DNA of 64,000 nucleotides, taken from IMG/VR virus record IMGVR_UViG_3300032225_001595, positions 7,935 to 71,934 of that record. The stretch is one strand, 5' to 3'. Position numbers and translations under genes: made by a program. Of this stretch, positions 25,626-34,433 are shown one piece after another. The number at the start of each line of letters is the position of its first letter. Position 1 is the stretch's first letter. The notes under the pieces were generated by a model. That model did no database searches, had not been told where the DNA came from, and was given only the letters and a program-made list of their open reading frames with translations. This DNA is from a virus. Lineage: Duplodnaviria; Caudoviricetes.

Positions 25626-25884
25626 CATGGACATAGTCTGCCACCATGCCCAAACACTAGGGTCATGTTGTGAACATACCCCTAGTCTGCCCTGCCTACG
25701 CGGTGCGTAGCCCGCGCTTCGTGGCATGGACATAGTCTGCCACCATGTTCAAACACTAGGGGTATGTTGTGAACATACCCCTAGTCTGCCTTGCCTACGC
25801 GGTGCATAGCCCGCGCTTCGTGGCATGGACATAGTCTGCCACCATGCCGCTATGGCTAGGGGTATGTTGTGAACATACCCCTAG
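25626..25884. repeat. Tandem ~99-bp direct repeats (about 2.6 copies), each with a 13-bp-arm palindrome
   Basis: Units begin CATGGACATAGTCTGCCACCATG at 25626, 25725 and 25824; palindrome CTAGGGGTATGTT-GTG-AACATACCCCTAG at 25657 (2 mismatches), 25756 and 25856. Confidence 0.92.
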
Positions 25885-25998
25885 GGGTTAGGTGAATTGT
25901 CCGAATTGTCCGGGCCAGATGTCAGACGCTAGTGGAGCTTAGGGGGGCTGAGGCAGTAGCTTTATTATGAGTTGTGGCGTATCTCATAATAGGGAGGG

Positions 25999-26301
25999 GT
26001 GGTGTTATGTTTCACGTGGAACATTGGGACAGTAGCGGTTTTTTTGGGTTTGTCCGTTATTCTTGTGTTTATGTTTGGTGAATGGTTGGATGAGCAGCGT
26101 GACCGTAATGATGATGTTGGTCGTTTTGCGCGGTTGTGTTGGGATGATTTTACTTCGGGTTGTGCACGGTGGTTTTCTGGGGCAGTAGAGTGGCGGGATC
26201 ATTTTGTTGCTTTGCACCCGGATAGGGCGGATTTTATGTTTGGTTTGTTGCGTGAAGCTTTTGTTGCTTATGCTGACGATGTGGTATCTAAGCGGGCATA
26301 A
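25999..26301 (+). CDS. Membrane-anchored hypothetical protein
   Basis: Hydrophobic N-terminal segment; first rightward ORF. Confidence 0.55.
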   Translation: MVLCFTWNIGTVAVFLGLSVILVFMFGEWLDEQRDRNDDVGRFARLCWDDFTSGCARWFSGAVEWRDHFVALHPDRADFMFGLLREAFVAYADDVVSKRA

Positions 26302-26308
26302 TAGTGGT

Positions 26309-26431
26309 ATGTCTTTAGCTGATTTGTATCATGGGCATTATGCTGATTTGGTGCGGTCTTTTGGGGTGGCTAATGCTGAGGGTGCTTATAAGGACAGTAG
26401 ATTGGCTAGGGCTTTTGGTGATGGTGTATGA
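26309..26431 (+). CDS. Small hypothetical protein (leaderless start)
   Basis: CATAAT-N6-ATG; stop overlaps the dps start. Confidence 0.5.
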   Translation: MSLADLYHGHYADLVRSFGVANAEGAYKDSRLARAFGDGV

Positions 26432-26862
26432 GTCTTAAGGATGATTTGAAGGGCTTGTTGGCGGATGTTGTGAGTTTTTATTTCCGCGCCCATGGGCATC
26501 ATTGGAATGTTGAGGGTGAGGATTTCGCCCAGTATCATAAGTTGTTTCAAAAAATTTATGAGGACGCGTATTCTAGTATTGATCCGATTGCGGAGAATAT
26601 TAGAAAACTTGGTGACTATGCACCGTTTAGGTTAGCGCGGTTTACTGAGTTGGCGAAGGTGCCGGATGCGGGCAGTAGCAAAACTGATCCGAAATCGTTG
26701 GCTAAGGATTTGTTGAAGGCTAATGATTATGTGGTTGGTCGGTTGCGGGAGTTGTATGTGGTTGCTGATGGGGAGAAGGAGTTTGCTGTTGCGAATTTTT
26801 TGGCGGACAGGTTGGATGCGCATCAAAAGTGGGGCTGGCAGTTGGGGGCGAGTGTTAAGTGA
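26428..26862 (+). CDS. dps: Dps / ferritin-like DNA-protection protein
   Basis: AHGHHWNVEG, YHKLFQKIYE, DPIAENIRKLG, HQKWGWQL. Confidence 0.92.
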   Translation: MSLKDDLKGLLADVVSFYFRAHGHHWNVEGEDFAQYHKLFQKIYEDAYSSIDPIAENIRKLGDYAPFRLARFTELAKVPDAGSSKTDPKSLAKDLLKANDYVVGRLRELYVVADGEKEFAVANFLADRLDAHQKWGWQLGASVK

Positions 26863-27305
26863 TTGAGCGCGGTATACAGTTTGATCATGATGATTATGAT
26901 GATGATGAGTTCGAGTATCCTGAGGTTACTGGGCGAACTGTTTTAAAGAATGTTGACCGTAGTATTGGGGATCATTATGCGAAGGAGTGGTTGGCTCGTA
27001 CCCCGTGTGATTGTGGTTCTCCGGGGGGTAAACGCTGCAGTTCGTGTAAGTACACGGGGGGTATGATGTCCGCCGGTAGGCTTGGCAGGATAATTGGTCA
27101 AGCTAAGCCGAATATGATAAATTTATTGTCGGGTAAAGCAAATCTTGGGCCAGCTGTTGCTCAAAGTATCACTGAGGTGGTTAGCCCCGGAAGCCACTGG
27201 TCCGTTCTCCAATCCCCACCACCACAAGCAGTGGTAAGTAAACCAGCTGATGTAGGTAAATTTAGCGCAAAAATGGCCGCAAAGCCTAAACCCTTAGGGT
27301 TCTAA
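26859..27305 (+). CDS. Hypothetical protein with CDC...CSSC
   Basis: 148-aa coupled ORF. Confidence 0.6.
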   Translation: MIERGIQFDHDDYDDDEFEYPEVTGRTVLKNVDRSIGDHYAKEWLARTPCDCGSPGGKRCSSCKYTGGMMSAGRLGRIIGQAKPNMINLLSGKANLGPAVAQSITEVVSPGSHWSVLQSPPPQAVVSKPADVGKFSAKMAAKPKPLGF

Positions 27306-27971
27306 ATGTCGCTACAAAGAACGCCCCGCCAGTTTATATCGTTACGGTCTGTGCCTAAATTTGAAAAGCTACCTATGAGTCAGCGAGATAAAGACGCTTT
27401 AAAAGGCAATATAAGTGATGTTGTTACCCATTTATCTAATCATTTTGGGAGTAACCCAATAGGGGAAAAAGATGCAACCCTATCCCCAATACCGTATGAC
27501 ACCACCTCACGTAAAGGGTTTGTGCAACCAGAGGGAATTGACCCAAAGGGTTGGAGTCACGTAGTAGACCTAAACGGTAGAAAAACAGTGATGGTAAAAG
27601 CCGCAGGTAGGCATATACCGTTCTACTTATCAACGGGCATGGGAGGTAAGTTCACGTCTTCCGGGGCATCAACTGAGGGTATGTGGTTGCCGATGATGGG
27701 TATACACCATGAGTCCGGCTGGATTAATAAAGGAAGTGGGGTTGATAGTCATTATGGAAGCCCGCATTTGCAACAAATAGGAGCTATGCTAACAAAGCAT
27801 TTTGCTCAAAATCCTATAGGTAAAGCTCCTATGTTAAGCGCCGGTAGTGAGACAGATGTACGAGGGCTTGGTCCCGGTAATGGTGGGCCCGAATCTATAA
27901 CTCATCGTTTTATAAACAGCGCTATGAAATTTCGACCTATTTATGGCGAGATGTACAAGAGGGTAGGATAA
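27306..27971 (+). CDS. Hypothetical protein
   Basis: 221-aa ORF; PFYLSTG motif. Confidence 0.65.
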   Translation: MSLQRTPRQFISLRSVPKFEKLPMSQRDKDALKGNISDVVTHLSNHFGSNPIGEKDATLSPIPYDTTSRKGFVQPEGIDPKGWSHVVDLNGRKTVMVKAAGRHIPFYLSTGMGGKFTSSGASTEGMWLPMMGIHHESGWINKGSGVDSHYGSPHLQQIGAMLTKHFAQNPIGKAPMLSAGSETDVRGLGPGNGGPESITHRFINSAMKFRPIYGEMYKRVG

Positions 27972-28093
27972 TGCCATTTAAATCCCAAGCGCAACGCAAA
28001 TGGATGTACGCTAATGAACCAAAAATGGCAAAACAGTGGGAAAAACACACACCTGATAAAAAACTTCCTGAAAAAGTAAAAAAGGCAACATAA
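27971..28093 (+). CDS. Small basic protein (40 aa, not in the ORF track)
   Basis: MPFKSQAQRKWMYANEPKMAKQWEKHTPDKKLPEKVKKAT; TAATG overlaps at both ends. Confidence 0.75.
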   Translation: MPFKSQAQRKWMYANEPKMAKQWEKHTPDKKLPEKVKKAT

Positions 28094-28431
28094 TGGAACG
28101 CGGCCAACAGTTCCCACTTAAAATGACCGCACGCCAAATTGTTGGTGGGTATCACCTACCTGACCGTGAAAACCTACTTACAGGTGAGGTTACACCAACG
28201 GATCAGTTTTTAAAAGACCGTTTGGCAGTAGCTGACCGTCGTGGAATAACTAACAGCATTCTTAAAAACGGTTTAAAGAACCCTATTAGGCTTGTGACAG
28301 GTAATGTGAACGAAGTTGAGGACGGTCATCACCGTTTAGCGGTTTTGTATCATCACATGCCTGATACCCCTGTTGATGTGGTTCATGAAACGAAAACCAT
28401 GGATGATCGTCTCAAAGATATTTTTTCATGA
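28093..28431 (+). CDS. ParB/Sulfiredoxin-like N-terminal domain protein
   Basis: SILKNGLKNPIRL...VEDGHHRLAVL. Confidence 0.75.
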   Translation: MERGQQFPLKMTARQIVGGYHLPDRENLLTGEVTPTDQFLKDRLAVADRRGITNSILKNGLKNPIRLVTGNVNEVEDGHHRLAVLYHHMPDTPVDVVHETKTMDDRLKDIFS

Positions 28432-28567
28432 ATAAAAAACCCCTTGTTAAAGATATTCCGGTACAATTTAGAAGAGTGAACTACGGCCCGTTTAATGGCC
28501 GTACTCAATCATTCCAGCAGTATTCTGTTGCACCGGCGGCGATGGATTCGCAAATAAGGAGGAGCGC

Positions 28568-30118
28568 ATGACTGATAAAGCTCCTAAACCCACAGAGTAC
28601 AATGATGATGACTACCGTTATTTGCTAAAAAGGGTGGGCGCACCGGATAGCCCTGAAAATAGGGCGTGGTTGCGTTCATGGAAAGCCGCTGAGAAAAGCG
28701 ATTTTGAGCACAACCCGTTTAACACCACCCAGTATGTGACGGGTGCGAAAAACCCTTCGGGGCAAATTCAGTCGTATAAGACCCGTGAATCGGGGTTGAA
28801 CGCTACCGCTGACACACTGTTGTATGCGGGTAAGGGTTCGTACTATAAGGATATTTTGAAGGGTTTGCGGGCCAGTGACCCGAAGTCGTCAACGCAGGCG
28901 CTTGTTAATTCGCCTTGGGCTGCTGGTCGTTATGGTGGTGCGGATGATTGGACAAAGTCCAGTGTGTGGGGCGCGTATCAGCGTAATAAACCTGCCCCTG
29001 TGCCCCGGCAGTTCACCCCTGAGGCTAATTTTCAGAAAAGTATTGGGTCACCAAAAGCGTCAAAACCTATCCAAGATCCGCTTATGGCACCCGGGTTGCA
29101 GGGTATATGGAACCGTGAAAAGGATCTGTTTAAAAGAACAATACCCGGGGCGGCTGCATTTTTGGGACATGTTGCCTCTGAGGTTCCACGTCAAGCGTTT
29201 AATGTTGTGAGTGCTGCCGCATCGGGTATGAGTGGGGCAAGCTCAGTAGCATCACAACCGGATTACAAAACCCCAAGCCTTCGTTTAGAGAACAAATCTG
29301 ATCGTCCGTTTGATTACCAGACCAGTAATAAAGCCCCCACAGCCGGGCAGTTAACTTCTGATATTGCGTGGACGGTAGCTAATTTAGGCGGAGCTGAGGC
29401 TGTTAAAGAAGCTGCTAAAGGTGTTGGTGCCGTGGTTAAAACGGCTAAGGTTGCCCGTGAGGCTCGTGCTGAAAGAGTATTAGGTGCCGGTAGTAAGTCC
29501 CGTATTTTTCCAAAAGAAGAATCTGGGGTATCAACGGGTGATGTTGAGGCAGTATCTGGACGCCCAAGTATGTTTAATCGCGCCCAACAGTCTTTGGGTA
29601 AAAAAATTTCTACCGCTGGTTTGGCTCTTTCAGCTTTCGCCCCATTGTCTGCTGACGCAGCGGCGCTTGCTAAACCAGCGTACTCAATGTCAGAGTCAGT
29701 AGCTAAAGCTGGTAAAGCAATTGAAACATCAGGGAAAGAATTTAAAGTTGCAACCGCTCCAGAAGTGAAACCTGTTGTTGAACCTGCAGCGAAACCCGCA
29801 ACCCCACCGAAAACTGAAACCCCACCAAAGACTGAAACCCAAGTGGAGTCGCACAGTCAAGGTTCACAATGGGCAGCCACAACAGGTGTTCACGCCGCTC
29901 AGGAAGCCGGTAGGCAAGCCGCTACCGCACCAATAACTTCTGAAGTACCAACACGTCAACAGGTACCCACGAATCAACCTAAGGGCCCAACAATGCCCGG
30001 GGAGATGCCCCCTAAGGAACCGTCACCGGAACCAATTAAAGAAAAACTTAAAATGGGTGGTGACGGGTCCGACATGGTTTATTCGGGAGCCCCAGAAACA
30101 TACAAGGCGGTGTACTAA
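28568..30118 (+). CDS. Protein with N-terminal lysozyme-like (putative muralytic) domain and long Pro/Ala-rich C-terminal region
   Basis: W..AE....HNPFNTT...QSY.T..SG..ATA.TL...Y..IL..L...SPW motif; GGAGG RBS. Confidence 0.65.
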   Translation: MTDKAPKPTEYNDDDYRYLLKRVGAPDSPENRAWLRSWKAAEKSDFEHNPFNTTQYVTGAKNPSGQIQSYKTRESGLNATADTLLYAGKGSYYKDILKGLRASDPKSSTQALVNSPWAAGRYGGADDWTKSSVWGAYQRNKPAPVPRQFTPEANFQKSIGSPKASKPIQDPLMAPGLQGIWNREKDLFKRTIPGAAAFLGHVASEVPRQAFNVVSAAASGMSGASSVASQPDYKTPSLRLENKSDRPFDYQTSNKAPTAGQLTSDIAWTVANLGGAEAVKEAAKGVGAVVKTAKVAREARAERVLGAGSKSRIFPKEESGVSTGDVEAVSGRPSMFNRAQQSLGKKISTAGLALSAFAPLSADAAALAKPAYSMSESVAKAGKAIETSGKEFKVATAPEVKPVVEPAAKPATPPKTETPPKTETQVESHSQGSQWAATTGVHAAQEAGRQAATAPITSEVPTRQQVPTNQPKGPTMPGEMPPKEPSPEPIKEKLKMGGDGSDMVYSGAPETYKAVY

Positions 30119-30399
30119 TGGGTGAAGTTAAAAAGTTTGGGCCCTACAAAGGATCTAAGCAAAAGGGCGGTAGACCCATCTACGTGTACAAAGAGCGGGT
30201 TTCTAAGGGTGTGTGGAAAACCACGTCCAAGAATAAAGCCCGTGCTGATTACGAAGAAAAGCATGGCAAGTTGTCTAAAGACACTGATGTTGATCATAAA
30301 GACAATAATAAGAAGAACGACAAAACCAGTAATTTGCAGGCCATGTCCCACAGTAAGAACGTGGCTAAAGAGAACAAGCGCCGAGCGGGTAAGAAATAA
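30118..30399 (+). CDS. HNH endonuclease-like protein
   Basis: DVDHKDNNKKNDKTSNLQAMSHSKN. Confidence 0.8.
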   Translation: MGEVKKFGPYKGSKQKGGRPIYVYKERVSKGVWKTTSKNKARADYEEKHGKLSKDTDVDHKDNNKKNDKTSNLQAMSHSKNVAKENKRRAGKK

Positions 30400-30584
30400 T
30401 GGCGCGTAAAATACATTTTTTATCAGGTTTAGGAAATGCCGCAATAAATGCTGCCGACAGTTGGTGGGAAAAAGAAAAAGCAAAATCCACAAAACACGGC
30501 GTTAGTAAACGTGAAGCTATTGATGATGCGATAGACGACAACAACATTATTGAGGCGTCTATGGAAAGCGATATGGGTTACTGA
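30399..30584 (+). CDS. Hypothetical protein
   Basis: 61-aa coupled ORF. Confidence 0.5.
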   Translation: MARKIHFLSGLGNAAINAADSWWEKEKAKSTKHGVSKREAIDDAIDDNNIIEASMESDMGY

Positions 30585-31030
30585 TGATGCGTAGCCAACA
30601 ATTCCCCACGCCCAAGAAAAAGGCAGTAGTCTTTGACCTTGATGGTACTTTGGTCGACACTATGAAGTACGAGAAACACCATAAGCATCACCACCCAAAA
30701 TTTGCTAAAGAAGCTTTAAAAGCTGACCCTATTGACAAAAACATTGACAAATTAAAAGATAAAAGCGAAGACAGTAACATTGTTATTTTAACGGCCCGTT
30801 CCGCCCACTATGAGGACGAAACTAAAACATGGCTAGATAAGCATGACGTTCCTTACGATAAACTAGTGATGCGCCCAGAAGATGACTCAACATCTAAAGA
30901 TAAAGACCTCAAAGCTAGTTTGTTAAGGTCAGAGATTTTGCCGAAATATAATGTGGTTAAAGCATACGATGACAAGAAGAAAAACGTTAAAATGTTTAAA
31001 GCGCACAATATAGAAGCGAAACAGGTGTAA
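30584..31030 (+). CDS. HAD phosphatase, polynucleotide-kinase 3'-phosphatase-like
   Basis: VVFDLDGTL, ILTAR, LVMRP, YDD. Confidence 0.85.
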   Translation: MMRSQQFPTPKKKAVVFDLDGTLVDTMKYEKHHKHHHPKFAKEALKADPIDKNIDKLKDKSEDSNIVILTARSAHYEDETKTWLDKHDVPYDKLVMRPEDDSTSKDKDLKASLLRSEILPKYNVVKAYDDKKKNVKMFKAHNIEAKQV

Positions 31031-31032
31031 TT

Positions 31033-31827
31033 ATGGCTTTAGATGATGTTGGCGGCATGGCAACAAGTTCAGGCATGCGTGGTTACCTACCTGCGCTGGG
31101 TTTGAGTTGGCTTTACGGGCGTGGTGGTGGTGGTCGCGGCGCCGGTGGCGGGGGCGGGGTTACTCCACGCCGTGAGCTAGAAAACCAAACCATTGCTTTG
31201 CAGAACCGTGAGCAAATTGGTATTAATGCCCAAGGGCAAAGCCTCAACCAGCAGGTTGATGCCCACTCACGTATGCAAGGGCTTACTTTAGGTAACGCGG
31301 GAGTTCAATCCGCTGCTGGTGGTAGATCTGGGCTTAGAGGAGTTACTGGTCCGCTGGCGTCAGTTCAATTCGCTAATCTTGCTGCCGGTACCCCAATGTC
31401 AGGTCAAACTGTTATTGGTGGTGGCCGAATGGACTTCGGTAACCCGCAACATGCGGCGTCTCCTTCTGGTCCTCAAATGATGGGTATGCCCGGCACGCCT
31501 GCTAGACGGCACACTAGGGTTGCCGCTCTTCCCCAAGGCGGTCCTGTGGGTGGGTACCGGCAGACTAGGTGGAGCCCAAATGACGATGACTCAAATATTA
31601 TTGACGCAGTAATTATTCCAAATGAGAGAAAACAATCTCGTACAGGGGGACAGTCTGCAGGTACAACTGCACTACCCTCAAGGAGAACACCGTTAGCCAT
31701 TGAAGGACCTAGTAATACTACGCCCGCAGTGGCAGGCACAAAACCTCCGCTAGAACTTAACGCTGGCCCTATAGGTAAACCTTGGAAACTTGCAAACCCT
31801 TACGATGAATTGAAGTCTGGCAAATAA
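31033..31827 (+). CDS. Gly/Pro-rich hypothetical protein
   Basis: 264-aa ORF. Confidence 0.65.
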   Translation: MALDDVGGMATSSGMRGYLPALGLSWLYGRGGGGRGAGGGGGVTPRRELENQTIALQNREQIGINAQGQSLNQQVDAHSRMQGLTLGNAGVQSAAGGRSGLRGVTGPLASVQFANLAAGTPMSGQTVIGGGRMDFGNPQHAASPSGPQMMGMPGTPARRHTRVAALPQGGPVGGYRQTRWSPNDDDSNIIDAVIIPNERKQSRTGGQSAGTTALPSRRTPLAIEGPSNTTPAVAGTKPPLELNAGPIGKPWKLANPYDELKSGK

Positions 31828-31832
31828 TTTAC

Positions 31833-31988
31833 ATGAGTAAAAAAGTTAACTCCCCGCGTAAGTCTAAGGGATTACCTGAGTCACAAAAACAACGAGACGC
31901 TAACACCCGGACTATTAAACCATCTGCAGAAACCCCATACAAGGGCAAGAAAACTAACGCTTTGCAGTGGAATCGTTGGACACCATGA
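31833..31988 (+). CDS. Small basic protein (51 aa)
   Basis: MSKKVNSPRKSK...WNRWTP; ATGA overlap with the next ORF. Confidence 0.5.
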   Translation: MSKKVNSPRKSKGLPESQKQRDANTRTIKPSAETPYKGKKTNALQWNRWTP

Positions 31989-32143
31989 AACGCAAAACTA
32001 GTTTCAAGAAGGCAGTAGAGCCGCCTAAAATTATTCGGGACAGTAGATTTGGGCTTAGGAAACTTCCCCGTAGTGAAGAGCACCCGCAAACTTATTCATA
32101 CATGGATCCCGGTAAGGGACCAAATGGTGAGCATTTAAGTTAA
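31985..32143 (+). CDS. Small basic protein (52 aa)
   Basis: MKRKTSFKKAVEPPKIIRDSRFGLRK... Confidence 0.55.
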   Translation: MKRKTSFKKAVEPPKIIRDSRFGLRKLPRSEEHPQTYSYMDPGKGPNGEHLS

Positions 32144-32152
32144 AATAGAGTC

Positions 32153-32431
32153 ATGGCTAAATCAGAAGCGTGGTCTCGTAAAGAGGGCAAGGACCCTAAG
32201 GGTGGCTTAAACGAAAAGGGACGCAAGTCTTACGAAAAGTCGCACCCCGGTTCTAATTTGAAACCCCCTGTTAAAAAAGAGCAGGCTAAGAAGTCTAAAA
32301 AATCTGCCGCAAGGCGTGATTCCTTTTGTGCTCGCATGGAGGGCATGAAGAAGAAAAATACGTCAAGTAAAACAGCCAACGATCCAAACAGTAGAATCAA
32401 TAAGTCGTTACGTGCGTGGGATTGTAATTAA
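32153..32431 (+). CDS. Lys-rich conserved phage protein (DUF6321-like)
   Basis: AWSRKEGKDPKGGLNEKGRKSY...RRDSFCARM...SRINKSLRAWDC; leaderless start. Confidence 0.7.
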   Translation: MAKSEAWSRKEGKDPKGGLNEKGRKSYEKSHPGSNLKPPVKKEQAKKSKKSAARRDSFCARMEGMKKKNTSSKTANDPNSRINKSLRAWDCN

Positions 32432-32527
32432 CTCAGGTTTAGGCAAGAAACTTTTAAAAAGCCCGATAAACTAATAGTGTATGCGACGGCATACGTTATC
32501 CTAACTCTAGAGAAAAGGTATTAAATA

Positions 32528-33523
32528 ATGGCTGGAACTTTTGACTCCCCTGTGGCGTCTTTTGATTTGTACAAGTCAACAGTTGCGTCTAACGCCTCGG
32601 TGACATCGCCCCCTAAGATTGCAAACTTTGTTGCCCCTTATGACCTTGAAATCCTTGCTGGTTCAATTTCTGCGCTTACTGCGTCTACTGGTGCTTACTT
32701 GTGGGCGAATATTAAGGCCACTGACCCGGCTGGTAACACGGTTACGTTGTTTGCTCGTCCATCTGCTCCCGCAGTTATTACCAAGGCGCAGGTTGACCAG
32801 AGCTACTTGACGGTTGTTACTACTGCCCCAGCTGTTGCGTCAACGACCCCAACTTCTGCGGTTTCCACAACACTAGTTGCTGTATCAGCAACTGATAACA
32901 TCAAAGTTGGTCAAGGTGTTGCTGGAGCTAAGGTGCCTGTCGGTACCCGTGTTACTGCGTTGTCTGCTGCATCAGGTGCTGGTAACGTAACTGTTGAGCT
33001 TCCGCAGAACGCTGATGGTACATACCCGAACTTGACGCTTGCCACAACTGACACTATTGCGTTCTTCACCGCTCCGACCCCAATTCCAAACCAGACGGTT
33101 TTGTTCCAGAACCTTCCGGCTCCGTTCAACGGTGTGAACTCCGCGTACGGTTACGGTGACGGTCGCTCTGTCACGTGGCAGGTGGTAGATTCTTCGCACT
33201 CAGTCACCGCGCAGACCGTCAAGGTTGGCCCGTTGACTCAGGCGTCGCAGTACAGCAACACAAGTGGTTTCTGGAACTTCACTGTTGCACAGACCGCTGT
33301 CGCTACTGGTCAAATCCAGATCGTTGAGGCACCAGTGTTGGCGTCAACAACTGCAAACTCTGGTAGCGTGTTTAACTACCCGGACAAGAAGGCTGTTATC
33401 GCTAAGGGTTCTGTGGTGTTCGTTGAAGCTTCCGCTATCACCACTGGTTTCACTGGTATTGCTGCAACTGCTGCTGCTGACTGGGCTGATGTGTCGGTTC
33501 GTTTGACCACCCGGAAGGTCTGA
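32528..33523 (+). CDS. Thr/Ala-rich beta-strand protein, probable virion component
   Basis: 331 aa with own promoter-like TAAACT and RBS, followed by a terminator. Confidence 0.7.
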   Translation: MAGTFDSPVASFDLYKSTVASNASVTSPPKIANFVAPYDLEILAGSISALTASTGAYLWANIKATDPAGNTVTLFARPSAPAVITKAQVDQSYLTVVTTAPAVASTTPTSAVSTTLVAVSATDNIKVGQGVAGAKVPVGTRVTALSAASGAGNVTVELPQNADGTYPNLTLATTDTIAFFTAPTPIPNQTVLFQNLPAPFNGVNSAYGYGDGRSVTWQVVDSSHSVTAQTVKVGPLTQASQYSNTSGFWNFTVAQTAVATGQIQIVEAPVLASTTANSGSVFNYPDKKAVIAKGSVVFVEASAITTGFTGIAATAAADWADVSVRLTTRKV

Positions 33524-33532
33524 CCTTTCATA

Positions 33533-33564
33533 GAGAACCCCCGCTTCGGCGGGGGTTTTTCTAT
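33533..33564. terminator. Bidirectional terminator with UUCG loop
   Basis: AACCCCCGC-TTCG-GCGGGGGTT TTTCT between convergent genes. Confidence 0.85.
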
Positions 33565-33851
33565 TTCAACACCGCGTCATTAAACTTAATAATGGATTCA
33601 GGCCGTGGAAGGTTTCTTTCTTTACGAAGCCTTCTGCGGTCTGTTTTTGTTGTTCCCGCCCAAATACCTACAACATCAACAGTGAGTGCGTAGTCTAAAC
33701 AAGGTGTTTTAAACGCACACTGGTTGCATATTTCTTTTGCTTTCCTACTGTTGTGGTAAATGTCTTCAGGTGATTCGGGAAAAAATAGTTCAGGGTCAGC
33801 GTCCATGCATGGTTGAGTACCATCAAAATATGGCGCTTTAATACCATCCAT
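33561..33851 (-). CDS. whiB: WhiB-family regulator (copy 2)
   Basis: QPC..ADPELFFPE...AKEICNQCAFKTPCLDYAL...GIWAGTT..DRR; start taken at ATG 33851. Confidence 0.9.
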   Translation of the reverse strand: MDGIKAPYFDGTQPCMDADPELFFPESPEDIYHNSRKAKEICNQCAFKTPCLDYALTVDVVGIWAGTTKTDRRRLRKERNLPRPESIIKFNDAVLK

Positions 33852-34266
33852 GTCGTCGTGAATGTTTCCAAGCTGCACAAGGGCTCCCGTAGCGTCTAGT
33901 AATGTATCGAAGTCCGTATTTAATTTGCAAACGTGGATCTGAGGTTTTTTTAACCTTGTAGTTGTGCCATGTTTGCGGCATGAACTGCGCAATACCATAC
34001 GCTCCAGACCGCTTGTTGCGGGCCTTAGGATTGAAATGGCTTTCTTTGGTCCAGAGCATATCTAAACAACGCCATTGTGTCAAATCGAAACCCGCGTCAC
34101 GCGAAACTCTTTGCGCAATTTCTCGGGGTTTTTGTGGCTTAGGTGGGCGCGGCGTTTGTGTGTGTTGCACGACGGGTGTGGGTGTAGGAGGTTTTACGGG
34201 TTCGGCAAACCCAACAAACTGTTGTGTTGTCAACAGCAAACTTGCAATAAAGTATTTTAGTCGCAT
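33838..34266 (-). CDS. Secreted lytic transglycosylase (SLT-like)
   Basis: Signal peptide; CLDMLWTKESHFNPKA...SGAYGIAQF...QIKYGLRYITRRYGSPCAAW; AAGGAG RBS. Confidence 0.88.
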   Translation of the reverse strand: MRLKYFIASLLLTTQQFVGFAEPVKPPTPTPVVQHTQTPRPPKPQKPREIAQRVSRDAGFDLTQWRCLDMLWTKESHFNPKARNKRSGAYGIAQFMPQTWHNYKVKKTSDPRLQIKYGLRYITRRYGSPCAAWKHSRRHGWY

Positions 34267-34433
34267 GTGTCTCCTTCGCTTACATTTAGTAAAGCATACA
34301 TTTGTACGTGTGTCAAATAACACTATTTCACGTTTGTGCAACAATGAAACCGACAATTAAGTAAAATAGGTATAGAGAGTTATTTTGATGGACAAAAAGT
34401 TGGGCTAGGCAATAGTCTAACTGGGAGTCTTGA

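Noticed and set aside
25626-25884. CRISPR-like array
   Set aside because: The sequence between palindromes is itself repeated almost identically (no unique spacers), and no cas genes are seen.
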